Part shown: in pieces, positions 30,718 to 38,931 of the stretch
How positions within the stretch are numbered: position 1 is the stretch's first letter
Layout: every line of letters starts with the position of its first letter
Source: Ramlibacter sp.
GTDB taxonomy: Bacteria > Pseudomonadota > Gammaproteobacteria > Burkholderiales > Burkholderiaceae_C
Length of the DNA: 64,000 nucleotides
Reading direction: 5' to 3'
Assembly (NCBI GenBank): GCA_030695945.1
Contig: JAUYOG010000009.1
Location: forward strand, 1,687 to 65,686
Made by a program: the position numbers and the translations under genes
Notes under the pieces: model-generated
The model's database searches: none
The model's input: only the letters and a program-made list of their open reading frames with translations
Told to the model about the DNA's origin: nothing

Positions 30718-33528
30718 TCAGCCTAGATTTTCAGTAAACACGTAACCGCCGCCATTGAAGAAATTATCGGCGCTGAGCGAGCTCAGGTCATGCACACCCA
30801 CCAGCTTGATGAGCATGTCTTCGCCGGCATCGTAGCCGTAGTCGCCCGGCTTGTTCATGAACACGTAGGTGTCGGCCCCATCGGTGGCGACGAAGATTTC
30901 CCTCCAACCGCTGAGTACGCTTTCGGCTTCCGCCTTGACTTCGGTGAAGCTGGAAAACGCCGTGGTGTGATACGCCAAATCGACGTACCAGTCCATCTGG
31001 AGCGCGGAGAAGTCGATGACGTCCCCGCTCGAGCCCCACGTAAAGTCGTAGATATCGTCCATCTCGAGCTCGACCGAATCGGAGAACGACTTGTACACGA
31101 AGGTGTCCTGCCCTGCGTCGCCGATCATGTCGTCGGCGCCCCCTGCACCTTCGATGCGGTTGTTGCCGCCGTCGCCAGAGAACGTGTCAATGAAGTTGGA
31201 TCCGATAAGGTTCTCGATCGAGCTCAAGGTGTCGCCTGCGGCATCGCCGCCGCTCCCGGCGAATACCGAATTGAGGTGGATGGTGACCGCTGCGGCGCTG
31301 CCGGCGTAGCTTGCCGTGTCGAGGCCGGCGCCGCCGTTGAGCTGGTCGGCGCCGTCCCGGCCTTCGAGGACGTTGTCGTTCGAATCGCCAGTCAGTGTGT
31401 CGGCGAACGCGGATCCGGCCAGGTTGTCGATATTCGCGAAGGTGTCGCCCTCGGCGTCACCGCCCGTCGCGGTGTTCAAGCCAAGGTCAACCGCCACGGC
31501 TGCACTGCCGGCGTAGCTTGCCGTATCCGATCCCCCGGCCCAGCCCCCGTCGAGGCTGTCTGCGCCTGCGCCGCCTTCGAAGACACTGTCATCGCCATTG
31601 CCGGTCAGCGCGTCCGCGAATGCACTGCCGATGACCCTGTCGAACCCGTTGTAGTTCACGTCCAGGCTCACGGTGACACCGGAGGTCGCCGACGATGCGT
31701 CAACCGTGTCAAAGGTGTTGATGAAGTTGCCGAACGGGTCCCGGCCGCCCTCGTCATAGGTCCAACCATCGTTCGCGTCGTACACGACGGTGTCATTGCC
31801 CGCTCCGGTCATGATCCGGTCGACGCCTGCGCCGCCATCGATCCAGTCATCACCCTGGCCGTAGAAAAAGTACTGGCCGTATATCAACGTGCCGTCAATG
31901 ATGTAGTTGTCCTGGTCGTCGCCGAACAGGACGTCGTCGTAGGACGTTCCGAGCAAGCTCCCAATGTTGGCGTAGCTATCGCCTGCGGCATCGCCGGTAT
32001 TGAGGCTCGGGTCGGCCAGGCTGACCGTGAGACCTACGGCGCTTCCCGCATAACTGGCAATATCCGGGACTCCTTCACCGGCGCCACCTCCGTCGAGCTG
32101 GTCGGCGCCCGCGCCGCCCTCCAGGTAGTTGGTGTTTGCATCGCCGGTCAAGACGTCGCCAAACTGCGTTCCCAGCACCACCTCGATATTCGACAACTGG
32201 TCGCCCTCGGCATCGCCACCGCTGCCTGTGCCCGTCCCCAGATTCACCGTCACGGCGGCGGAACTGCCCGCGTAGCTGGCTGTATCGCCCAAGTGCATTG
32301 ATCCACCGCCATTGATGAGGTCAGCGCCGGCACCGCCTTCGATGACGTTGTCAAAGTCACTGCCCGTCAGTCCATCGCCGCCCGCGCTGCCGATGAGGTT
32401 ATCAAAGCCGCGGTATTGGTAATAAGACAAGTCGATCCCCACCGGGCCGGCGGCTGTCGATGCGTCGATCGTGTCGATACCGCCGGCATAAGGTCCGCTA
32501 CCTTCAGACTCATCGAAATATTCATACACCTCGTCGGCGGGGTCGTAAACCCAGGTGTCGTTGCCAGAGCCGGGATGGATGTAGTCGTAACCGACGCCGC
32601 CGTCGATGACATCGCCGCCGTCATTGCCGTAGATGGTCTGGCGATTGCTGTCGCCTTTGATGACGTCATCGAAGCGGCTGCCGTCCACGGTTTCGAAGTT
32701 GCGGTAGGTCGTGGCCGTCAGGTCGAGATTCATCCCGACCGGAGAATCCTCGCCACTGATCGCGTCCCAGTCAAAACCACCATCGACCGATGTGTCGCTG
32801 GGGTCGTACACCACAAAGTCATTGCCGCCCCCCGCGTCGATGGTGTCGTTGCCAGCGCCGCCGTCAAAACGATTGTCGGAGTTGTCACCCGTCAGTACGT
32901 CGTTGAAATTGCTGCCGATGACGTCTTCGAAGTTGGAGTAAATATCCCGGTTGGAGCTCAGGTCGATCGTGACGCCTTTGCCGGACCGCACGTTGGTTGC
33001 CGCGGCCGAGGACGCATCGATCGTGTCGCGTCCACCGTCGCCCTCCACGCGGATATCGGTGGCGTCATAGACCACCCGGTCGCTGCCGGCGCCGGCGTCG
33101 ATGATGTCCCGGCCCGCGCCGCCATCAATGAAGTCCTCGCCCCCACCGCCGTACAGGGCGTCGGCGCCTGATCCCCCCAGCAATTCGGTGTGGCCCGAGG
33201 GGTACTGGGTCATGCTGCCGACAAGCCGCGCATCGATCAGGTCGTTGCCGTCACCGCCTTCGATATGGTTGAAGTAGCCGGTGCTGCCGTAGATGGTGTC
33301 GTTGCCGGTATCCCCATACAAATAGGCGTAGTGGACGCTCCCTCTTGCGTCAATCAGGTCGTCTGCGGCGCCGGCATGGATGTCCCAGAAGTACGGGTCT
33401 TCACCCGTGCCCAGTATCGGGTAAATCGTTTCGGTAATAGTGGAAGCCGATTTCCCTTTGCCCGTGACGAAGGTGGCATCGCCATCGGAATCGCGCAGTA
33501 CGAACGTGTTTTTGGTAGCGTAGTCCAT
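30718..33528 (-). CDS. RTX/hemolysin-type calcium-binding repeat protein, probable type I secreted surface protein
   Basis: Many GGxGxD nonapeptides, repeated ASYAGS and VVYD modules, no Sec signal, C-terminal DTFVY...D.I.DF..G..DVIDF...IKLVG; AAGGAAG RBS before ATG 33528. Confidence 0.9.
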   Translation of the reverse strand: MDYATKNTFVLRDSDGDATFVTGKGKSASTITETIYPILGTGEDPYFWDIHAGAADDLIDARGSVHYAYLYGDTGNDTIYGSTGYFNHIEGGDGNDLIDARLVGSMTQYPSGHTELLGGSGADALYGGGGEDFIDGGAGRDIIDAGAGSDRVVYDATDIRVEGDGGRDTIDASSAAATNVRSGKGVTIDLSSNRDIYSNFEDVIGSNFNDVLTGDNSDNRFDGGAGNDTIDAGGGNDFVVYDPSDTSVDGGFDWDAISGEDSPVGMNLDLTATTYRNFETVDGSRFDDVIKGDSNRQTIYGNDGGDVIDGGVGYDYIHPGSGNDTWVYDPADEVYEYFDESEGSGPYAGGIDTIDASTAAGPVGIDLSYYQYRGFDNLIGSAGGDGLTGSDFDNVIEGGAGADLINGGGSMHLGDTASYAGSSAAVTVNLGTGTGSGGDAEGDQLSNIEVVLGTQFGDVLTGDANTNYLEGGAGADQLDGGGAGEGVPDIASYAGSAVGLTVSLADPSLNTGDAAGDSYANIGSLLGTSYDDVLFGDDQDNYIIDGTLIYGQYFFYGQGDDWIDGGAGVDRIMTGAGNDTVVYDANDGWTYDEGGRDPFGNFINTFDTVDASSATSGVTVSLDVNYNGFDRVIGSAFADALTGNGDDSVFEGGAGADSLDGGWAGGSDTASYAGSAAVAVDLGLNTATGGDAEGDTFANIDNLAGSAFADTLTGDSNDNVLEGRDGADQLNGGAGLDTASYAGSAAAVTIHLNSVFAGSGGDAAGDTLSSIENLIGSNFIDTFSGDGGNNRIEGAGGADDMIGDAGQDTFVYKSFSDSVELEMDDIYDFTWGSSGDVIDFSALQMDWYVDLAYHTTAFSSFTEVKAEAESVLSGWREIFVATDGADTYVFMNKPGDYGYDAGEDMLIKLVGVHDLSSLSADNFFNGGGYVFTENLG

Positions 33529-33667
33529 TTTTACTTCCTTCAAAGTTGGGGTCGTTGGCCGTTCGCTCAACGCTGTGTCAACCCGTTGCCCTTGCGGGGC
33601 AGTTCGGTCATTGGGCGGATGCTGCGACCCTTCAAACTTAGGACGCCTCCAGGGGTGCAACACGCCC

Positions 33668-33696
33668 GAAAGCTACTGTTCTTGGCCGTAGCTTTC
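33668..33696. promoter_or_regulatory. Inverted repeat between regulator and RTX gene (operator or terminator)
   Basis: GAAAGCTAC-N11-GTAGCTTTC perfect 9-bp arms. Confidence 0.45.
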
Positions 33697-33765
33697 TCTG
33701 GCTGTTGGGCGCTTTCTCTCGAGAGAGCGTGATGCGACTGCTGCAGGGTCTGCGAGTCTGTCGGC

Positions 33766-34437
33766 CTAGCAAGCCAGACGTTCGATCAGGCCGGCCTCCA
33801 CCGCATAGGCAAGCAGTCCATTGCGGTTGGGAACATCGAACTTCTGGTAGATCGAGGTCAGGTGGTTCCGCAAGGTGCTTTCGCCGATGTGGAGTTTCAA
33901 GGCAATGGCCTTGCCCGACTCGCCGCCGTGGTGCACGACGGCGGCGAGGACTTTTCGCTCCCTTTCAGTGAGCAGGGCCAGCGGGGCACTGGGCCGGTCA
34001 TGGGCACCGGCACCCAGGTAGGCCTTTTCGGTGACCAGGCGCTCGGTGGTCGCGCGATCGAGCCAGAGTTGCCCCTCATGAACCTTCTCCAGCGCCCGCA
34101 ACAACAATCCGGGCGTGGTGAGGCGATCAATCACGCCGCGGGCGCCCAGGGCCGCAGCCCTGCCTGGCAAACTGCCATCGTCCTGACCTGTCAGAAACAG
34201 AATCCTGGCGCCGCATTGGGCTTTTATTTCTTCAATCAGGACAGGGATATGACCCCGGCCGTCGTCAACATCGAGCAGGACAACCTGCGCTGCCGCAGTG
34301 ACCAGCGTCGACCCGGCTTCCTCTGGCGACGCCGCCGACCCGACCAGCGCGAAGCGGTCAGGCCGTGATGCGATCACCGCGACAAGACCTTCCAGCAAGA
34401 GGCAATTGCTGCTGATCAGGAATACGCGAATCAGCAA
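33766..34437 (-). CDS. NarL/LuxR family response regulator (orphan)
   Basis: REC domain (VVLLDVDD, FLT, GARGVI) + LTERERKVL...IALKLHIGESTLRNHLTSIYQK HTH. Confidence 0.9.
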   Translation of the reverse strand: MLIRVFLISSNCLLLEGLVAVIASRPDRFALVGSAASPEEAGSTLVTAAAQVVLLDVDDGRGHIPVLIEEIKAQCGARILFLTGQDDGSLPGRAAALGARGVIDRLTTPGLLLRALEKVHEGQLWLDRATTERLVTEKAYLGAGAHDRPSAPLALLTERERKVLAAVVHHGGESGKAIALKLHIGESTLRNHLTSIYQKFDVPNRNGLLAYAVEAGLIERLAC

Positions 34438-34676
34438 TCAAGCTCTCCGTTTTCCAAAGTTGGCCCGCAGTCTGGACGGGGACCTCTGTAATTTATGGGA
34501 CGAAGAGTGGGCGGTGACTTTGAGGCGGCTCAAAGTTCTGTGAGAAGGCGAGCCGGGCAAAGCCGAGTTCACGCCGACGAACCGACTGCTTGCGCTACGG
34601 GGTCGGCGGAAAACTCGCCGGTAAGCACCGCGGGGGGTACTACCAATGCATTCGCGATGTCGTCAGTCGCACCGAT

Positions 34677-34700
34677 GCGGCAGTGGCGCTACTGAAGTGA
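34677..34700 (+). repeat. Right copy of 24-bp direct repeat (relic AEC 3' end, reads AAVALLK*)
   Basis: GCG GCA GTG GCG CTA CTG AAG TGA matches AEC end AAVALLH*. Confidence 0.7.
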
Positions 34701-35342
34701 GGCGCCCGCGGCTGGTTCGCCGGCCGCGATCATCTGCACGAAACGCTCCGTCAACACGGCCACGTCGCGGTAGAAAGCCGTTTGCGCGCCGTCCTTCACG
34801 GCCTGCGTGAACGGCACGATCCACGCGCCCAGGTGCTGCGCGAGAAATCGCCGCTGCAGGCGGGTGAGGTCTCGCAACCCGTCGGCATCGCCGGCGCGCT
34901 GCGCTTCGTGACGGCGGAAGAGGGTGAGGTAGAGGAACTCCAGCTCCACCGCCACGTGGTCCGGCAATTCGTGGAAGGCCTCGTCGATGTCGAAGCCGAC
35001 CTTCTGGTAGAGGGCCTGCACCGCCATCGTCGAGTCCTGCATCAGCCGGGTCTCGCCGCCGAGCCAGAAGCTGCCGTTCGGCCGCGCCAGCGGCTCGATC
35101 GGCCCGAGGAAGAGGCGCGTGTAATCGACCAGCAGTGTTTCCAGGTCCTGCGCCGCGAAATGTTCCCCGAGCGGGGCCGCCAGCGCGGCCAACTCAGGGT
35201 CGACCCGCTTCGCCGCCGTGACCATCGCGTCGAACAATCCCTCTTCAACGAACTCGGGCCCGGGCTCGTAGTAGCAGGCCGCGATGAAGCGGCACAGGTC
35301 CTCGCGGGCCACGGACGGGTCGAGTTCGAGTTCGGCCATCAT
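34689..35342 (-). CDS. TorD/DmsD family molybdoenzyme chaperone (ArrD-like)
   Basis: DYTRLFLGP, ELPDHVAVELEFL, FLAQHLGAW; ATG 35342 overlaps arrB stop (ATGA). Confidence 0.92.
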   Translation of the reverse strand: MMAELELDPSVAREDLCRFIAACYYEPGPEFVEEGLFDAMVTAAKRVDPELAALAAPLGEHFAAQDLETLLVDYTRLFLGPIEPLARPNGSFWLGGETRLMQDSTMAVQALYQKVGFDIDEAFHELPDHVAVELEFLYLTLFRRHEAQRAGDADGLRDLTRLQRRFLAQHLGAWIVPFTQAVKDGAQTAFYRDVAVLTERFVQMIAAGEPAAGASLQ

Positions 35343-36118
35343 GCCCGCGCGCTGTACTTGCCGATGTAGTGCACGTTCGGCTTCGTGCCCTTCTCCTCGA
35401 GCAAGCGGAACGACTTCTGGGTCTTGAGCAACTGCGAGATCTGGCTCTTCGGGTCGTCCTGGTCGCCGAAGATGCGCGCCTGCGTCGGGCACACCTCCAC
35501 ACAGGCCGGCTGCAGGCCGTTGAGCGTGCGGTGGTAGCAGAACGTGCACTTCTCGACGACGCCGTCCTTGCGGATCGGCTGCAGGTCGCCGCCGGTCCAC
35601 TGGCTCATGGCCGGCACCGGTGCACCGGCCTTGGCCGCGGTTTCCGCGCCCGAGGCCGTGCAGCCGGGGATGAGGGACGTCGTGTCGGTCCATTGCGGCT
35701 GCGTCTTCTCGTCGTCGAAGTTGAAGCTGATGACGCTGTAGCTGCCGCCGTCCAGGCTGGACAGGCCCAGCTTCTCGCTGCTGTAGGGGCAGGCTTCCTG
35801 GCAGGCCTGGCAGCCGATGCACTTCTCCGGGTCGTGCATCGTGATGCCCTCGGGCGTCTTGTACATGGCCTTGTGCGGGCTCGGCTTGGCCTTGCACGCC
35901 TTGACGCACGGCGCGTCGGTGCAGTGGTTGCACATCACCGGCATCACCGTGTGTTGCACGTTCGGGAACTTGCCTTCCGTCTTGATGAGGAAATCGCCCC
36001 AGTTGTAGCTCTGCTCGCCGCCGCGCGTGCGGGTGTTGTTCTCCGCCTTGCAGGCGAAGGCGCAGGCCCCGCAACCGACGCACCGAGAGAGGTCGATGAC
36101 CATTCCGAGTCTTGTCAT
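35339..36118 (-). CDS. arrB: Four-[4Fe-4S] subunit, ArrB-like
   Basis: RLGMVIDLSRCVGCGACAFACKAEN, CNHCTDAPCVKAC, CIGCQACQEAC, KCTFC...PACVEVC. Confidence 0.85.
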   Translation of the reverse strand: MTRLGMVIDLSRCVGCGACAFACKAENNTRTRGGEQSYNWGDFLIKTEGKFPNVQHTVMPVMCNHCTDAPCVKACKAKPSPHKAMYKTPEGITMHDPEKCIGCQACQEACPYSSEKLGLSSLDGGSYSVISFNFDDEKTQPQWTDTTSLIPGCTASGAETAAKAGAPVPAMSQWTGGDLQPIRKDGVVEKCTFCYHRTLNGLQPACVEVCPTQARIFGDQDDPKSQISQLLKTQKSFRLLEEKGTKPNVHYIGKYSARA

Positions 36119-36148
36119 GAATATTGCTCCAATGTCCTGTGATCGGTT

Positions 36149-38710
36149 TCAAGCCTTCTGGATGCGCACGCCGGTGAACCCGCCGTTGCGCGCCGTGGCG
36201 CCGCTCAATCGATCGTAGTCATCGACCAGGATCTCGTTGTTGTTGCCGCCGTGGGGGGTTGCCTTGGCGTAGTTCTTCGACGCTACGCGGCCGTAGGCCC
36301 AGTGCCCCTGGCCGTAGCATTTCGCCACCGTGCCGGGCCGCACGCCCTCCCACAGCTTGAGCTCGGTGGTGATCGCGCCCGCGGGCGAGGAGATCTTCAC
36401 CATGTCGCCGGTCTTCAGGCCCAGCTTCGCGCCGTCGGCGGGGTTCATCTTGACCACGTCGTTCCAGGAGACGTCGCCCGGGTCCACCTTCTTGAATTCC
36501 TGGTACCACGTGAGGTTCTGCGACCGGCCCTCGCGGTTCAGGCGCGACTTGTAGTCCACGAAGGTGAACGGGTAGTCCTGCACCGAGCCATGGCGCTTGG
36601 GCGCCTCGTAGTGCGGCACGAAGGCCAACTCCCCGCGCGCCAGGTAGCCGCTCACCGCCAGGATGTCGTCCGGCGTCGTCTCGAATTTCTTCGCGTGCTC
36701 CAGCAGGCCCTTCTTGAGCGTCTCGCTGTAGAACTCGAACTTCTTCGAGACCGTGGCGAACTTGCCGCCCCAGCCTTTCTTGAGCGTGTAGCGCGGCCCG
36801 CTGAACATGCCCTTTTTCTTGAACTCAGCCCAGCCCTTGATGGGCGCGTCGCCCTTCAGCGGCTCCTTCGCAGCCCAGACCGGCGCGCTCGTCATCTTGG
36901 TTGCGGTCTCGGCGAACTCGAGCGCGGTGCTCGGCGACTTGCCGGTTTCGGGATCCTTGAACTCCTTCGAGTAGTAGTCGAACAGGTTGGGGAAACCCCT
37001 GGACTTGAGCTTCTCGGCCAGCAGCCACATCACCTCGGTCTCTTCCTGCTTCACGTCCCAGATCCGCTTGACGGTGGGCTGCTGGATCGCCGCGTAGCCG
37101 TAACCGTTCGCCATGTTCGTGACGATCGACCATCCCTCCGCCGAGTTGAAGGTCGAGGGCAGCACGATGTCCGCGAATTGCGTCATCTCCGACGCGTTGG
37201 TCACCAGGTGCACGAAGAAGGGCACCTTGGCCATCACCTTGTCCCAGCGGTCCGCGCCGGTGCAGGAGAAGTTGAAGTTGCTCCACGACGAGATGAACAC
37301 CTTGGCGGCGCCGGGGTCCTTCAGCATGCCGTTGGCGACGTTGTTGGTCACCACGCCGCTGCCGGGCTTGCCGCCCATCATCGCGGGCATGTCCTTGGCG
37401 CCTCGCCCGTCCAGCTTCTTTTGCTTGCTGCCGGTCTTCGCGACTTCGTCCACGTAGGCATCCATGGCCGGGAACTTGGCCAGCGGCGGGCCGCTCGGGC
37501 TTTGCCAGACGCCCCCTTCGACGTCGACGGAGCCGAGCAGGCCATTGAGCGCATACACGGCCATCGCCGCGTACGTGCCGCGCGGGCTCATGGCCACGCC
37601 CGGGCCCATCCATACCACCGTCTTCGGCGCGGCCTTGCCCATCGCGCGCGCCACGCGCACGATCTGCGCGGCGGGAATGCCGCATTCCTTCTCGGCCCAG
37701 GCCGGCGTGCGGTCCTTGAGCTCGAGGTTCCACCACTTGACGAGACCATTCGTTTCCTTCTCCACGAATGCGGCTTCATCGACGGGCTTGCCGGCGGCGA
37801 ACAGGTTGCGGCCTTCCTTGAAGTCGCCGACGAACTCCCTGTTCCACAGGCCTTCGACCAGCAGCACGTGCGCAATGGCGCCGGCCAGCGCGCCGTCGGT
37901 GCCGGGGATCACCGGCAGCCACTCGTGCGCCTTGGCGCCGACATTCGAGAGGCGCGGGTCGATGGCGATCACGGTGCCGCGCGCCACGATCTCGTGGAAA
38001 CGGCGCATCGCGTTCGGCACCATGCGGTTGGAGGCCAGCGGGTCCGTGCCCCAGAGGACCAGGCAGTTGGTCTTCTCGAGGTCGTAGTCGCGGTAGCCGA
38101 AGAAGCCCTGCGTGAGGCCCGGTCCCATCTTCTCGGCCTCGGCGCAGATCGCGCTGTGCGAGAAGTAGTTGGGTGTGCCGAAGACCTTCGGCAAAGTGCC
38201 ATAGAGCAGTTCGGTGGATGTGGGCGAGTAGCGCCCGCGCATGTAGACCAGCTTGTGCGTCTCGCCCGCCTTGCGCAGCTCGATCATCCTGTCGGCGACG
38301 GTGTTCATCGCTTCGTCCCACGAGATGGGCACGAACTTCGGATCGACGCCGCGGCCCTTGACGGGGTTGGTGCGCTTCATCGGGCCCTTGATGCGGTCCG
38401 GGTCGTACATCTGCTGGGGGATCATGTGGCCACGCGGGCACACATAACCGTGGTTCGACTTGGAGAGCTGGTTGCCACGAACGCGCACCGCGCGGCCGTT
38501 CTGCGTGAAGATCTCGATGGCGCACCATTGCGTGCAGCCCTGGCACGTGCTGGCCACCCAGTCACCCTGCGCGGCCTTGCTCGGCTTGGCGCTGTACGGG
38601 ACGAGGGCGCTGTGCAGCGGTTCGCGCGGGAACATCGTCGCGCAACCGGTCACGGCCCAGCCCGCCGAAACGCCCGATGCCATGATGAAGGTTCTTCTCG
38701 TCAGCCTCAT
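36149..38710 (-). CDS. arrA: Mo-bisPGD oxidoreductase, respiratory arsenate reductase ArrA-like
   Basis: Tat signal TRRTF with VTGC lipobox; CQGCTQWC...C Fe-S motif; YDPDR...MKRTNPVKGRGVDPKFVPISWD; RGRY; SHSAICAEAEK; GYRDYD; DPLASNR; YGQGHWAYG. Confidence 0.82.
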   Translation of the reverse strand: MRLTRRTFIMASGVSAGWAVTGCATMFPREPLHSALVPYSAKPSKAAQGDWVASTCQGCTQWCAIEIFTQNGRAVRVRGNQLSKSNHGYVCPRGHMIPQQMYDPDRIKGPMKRTNPVKGRGVDPKFVPISWDEAMNTVADRMIELRKAGETHKLVYMRGRYSPTSTELLYGTLPKVFGTPNYFSHSAICAEAEKMGPGLTQGFFGYRDYDLEKTNCLVLWGTDPLASNRMVPNAMRRFHEIVARGTVIAIDPRLSNVGAKAHEWLPVIPGTDGALAGAIAHVLLVEGLWNREFVGDFKEGRNLFAAGKPVDEAAFVEKETNGLVKWWNLELKDRTPAWAEKECGIPAAQIVRVARAMGKAAPKTVVWMGPGVAMSPRGTYAAMAVYALNGLLGSVDVEGGVWQSPSGPPLAKFPAMDAYVDEVAKTGSKQKKLDGRGAKDMPAMMGGKPGSGVVTNNVANGMLKDPGAAKVFISSWSNFNFSCTGADRWDKVMAKVPFFVHLVTNASEMTQFADIVLPSTFNSAEGWSIVTNMANGYGYAAIQQPTVKRIWDVKQEETEVMWLLAEKLKSRGFPNLFDYYSKEFKDPETGKSPSTALEFAETATKMTSAPVWAAKEPLKGDAPIKGWAEFKKKGMFSGPRYTLKKGWGGKFATVSKKFEFYSETLKKGLLEHAKKFETTPDDILAVSGYLARGELAFVPHYEAPKRHGSVQDYPFTFVDYKSRLNREGRSQNLTWYQEFKKVDPGDVSWNDVVKMNPADGAKLGLKTGDMVKISSPAGAITTELKLWEGVRPGTVAKCYGQGHWAYGRVASKNYAKATPHGGNNNEILVDDYDRLSGATARNGGFTGVRIQKA

Positions 38711-38780
38711 GCGTGCTCCTGGTGTGGATTCGACTCGTTGGGAATGCCAAGGACTGTGCGCGCGGCAAAGCTGGAAATCC

Positions 38781-38794
38781 TTGACTGCGATCAA
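38781..38794. promoter_or_regulatory. FNR/CRP-family box upstream of arrA
   Basis: TTGAC-TGCG-ATCAA (one mismatch to TTGAT-N4-ATCAA); -10-like CACAGT at 38758-38753 on minus strand, class II spacing. Confidence 0.8.
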
Positions 38795-38931
38795 CCTTGA
38801 CGCCGTCATGGGCAAACTCCTACGGCCCTCCCGGGACGTCGCGCGGAACGCGCAAACGACACTGCCCCATCGTCTCGCGACGATGGGGCAGGCCAGGTGA
38901 TCAGCGGCCCGCGCGGGGCCGTCCGGATTGT

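Larger units (their letters stand above)
27355..34676. mobile_element. Putative horizontally acquired islet (no integrase) inserted in the AEC gene 3' end
   Basis: Flanking direct repeat; visibly more A/T at third codon positions than neighbours; self-contained three-gene cargo. Confidence 0.6.

Noticed and set aside
30718-33528. CRISPR array or DNA tandem repeat
   Set aside because: Repeats are degenerate protein-level RTX modules within one ORF; no constant repeat-spacer pattern or cas genes
33529-33665. c-di-GMP riboswitch upstream of the adhesin gene
   Set aside because: Could not match the class I core (GGCAAAC...GAAA...GACGCAAA) or class II consensus by eye
34689-36152. Apparent 487-aa TorD with long N-terminal extension (similarly 9850..11790, 49951..51684, 50718..52343, 60602..61627, 61099..62502)
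   Set aside because: Upstream portions are out-of-frame readings of the preceding gene; true starts are at ATGA overlaps or RBS-linked ATGs, and there is no evidence of programmed frameshifting
36149-38710. Assignment as ArxA, NarG/EbdA-type or polysulfide reductase
   Set aside because: Has RGRY and SHSAICAE (Cys ligand) as in ArrA, not the ArxA GRGW motif or the Asp-ligand type II motifs; reaction direction remains untested
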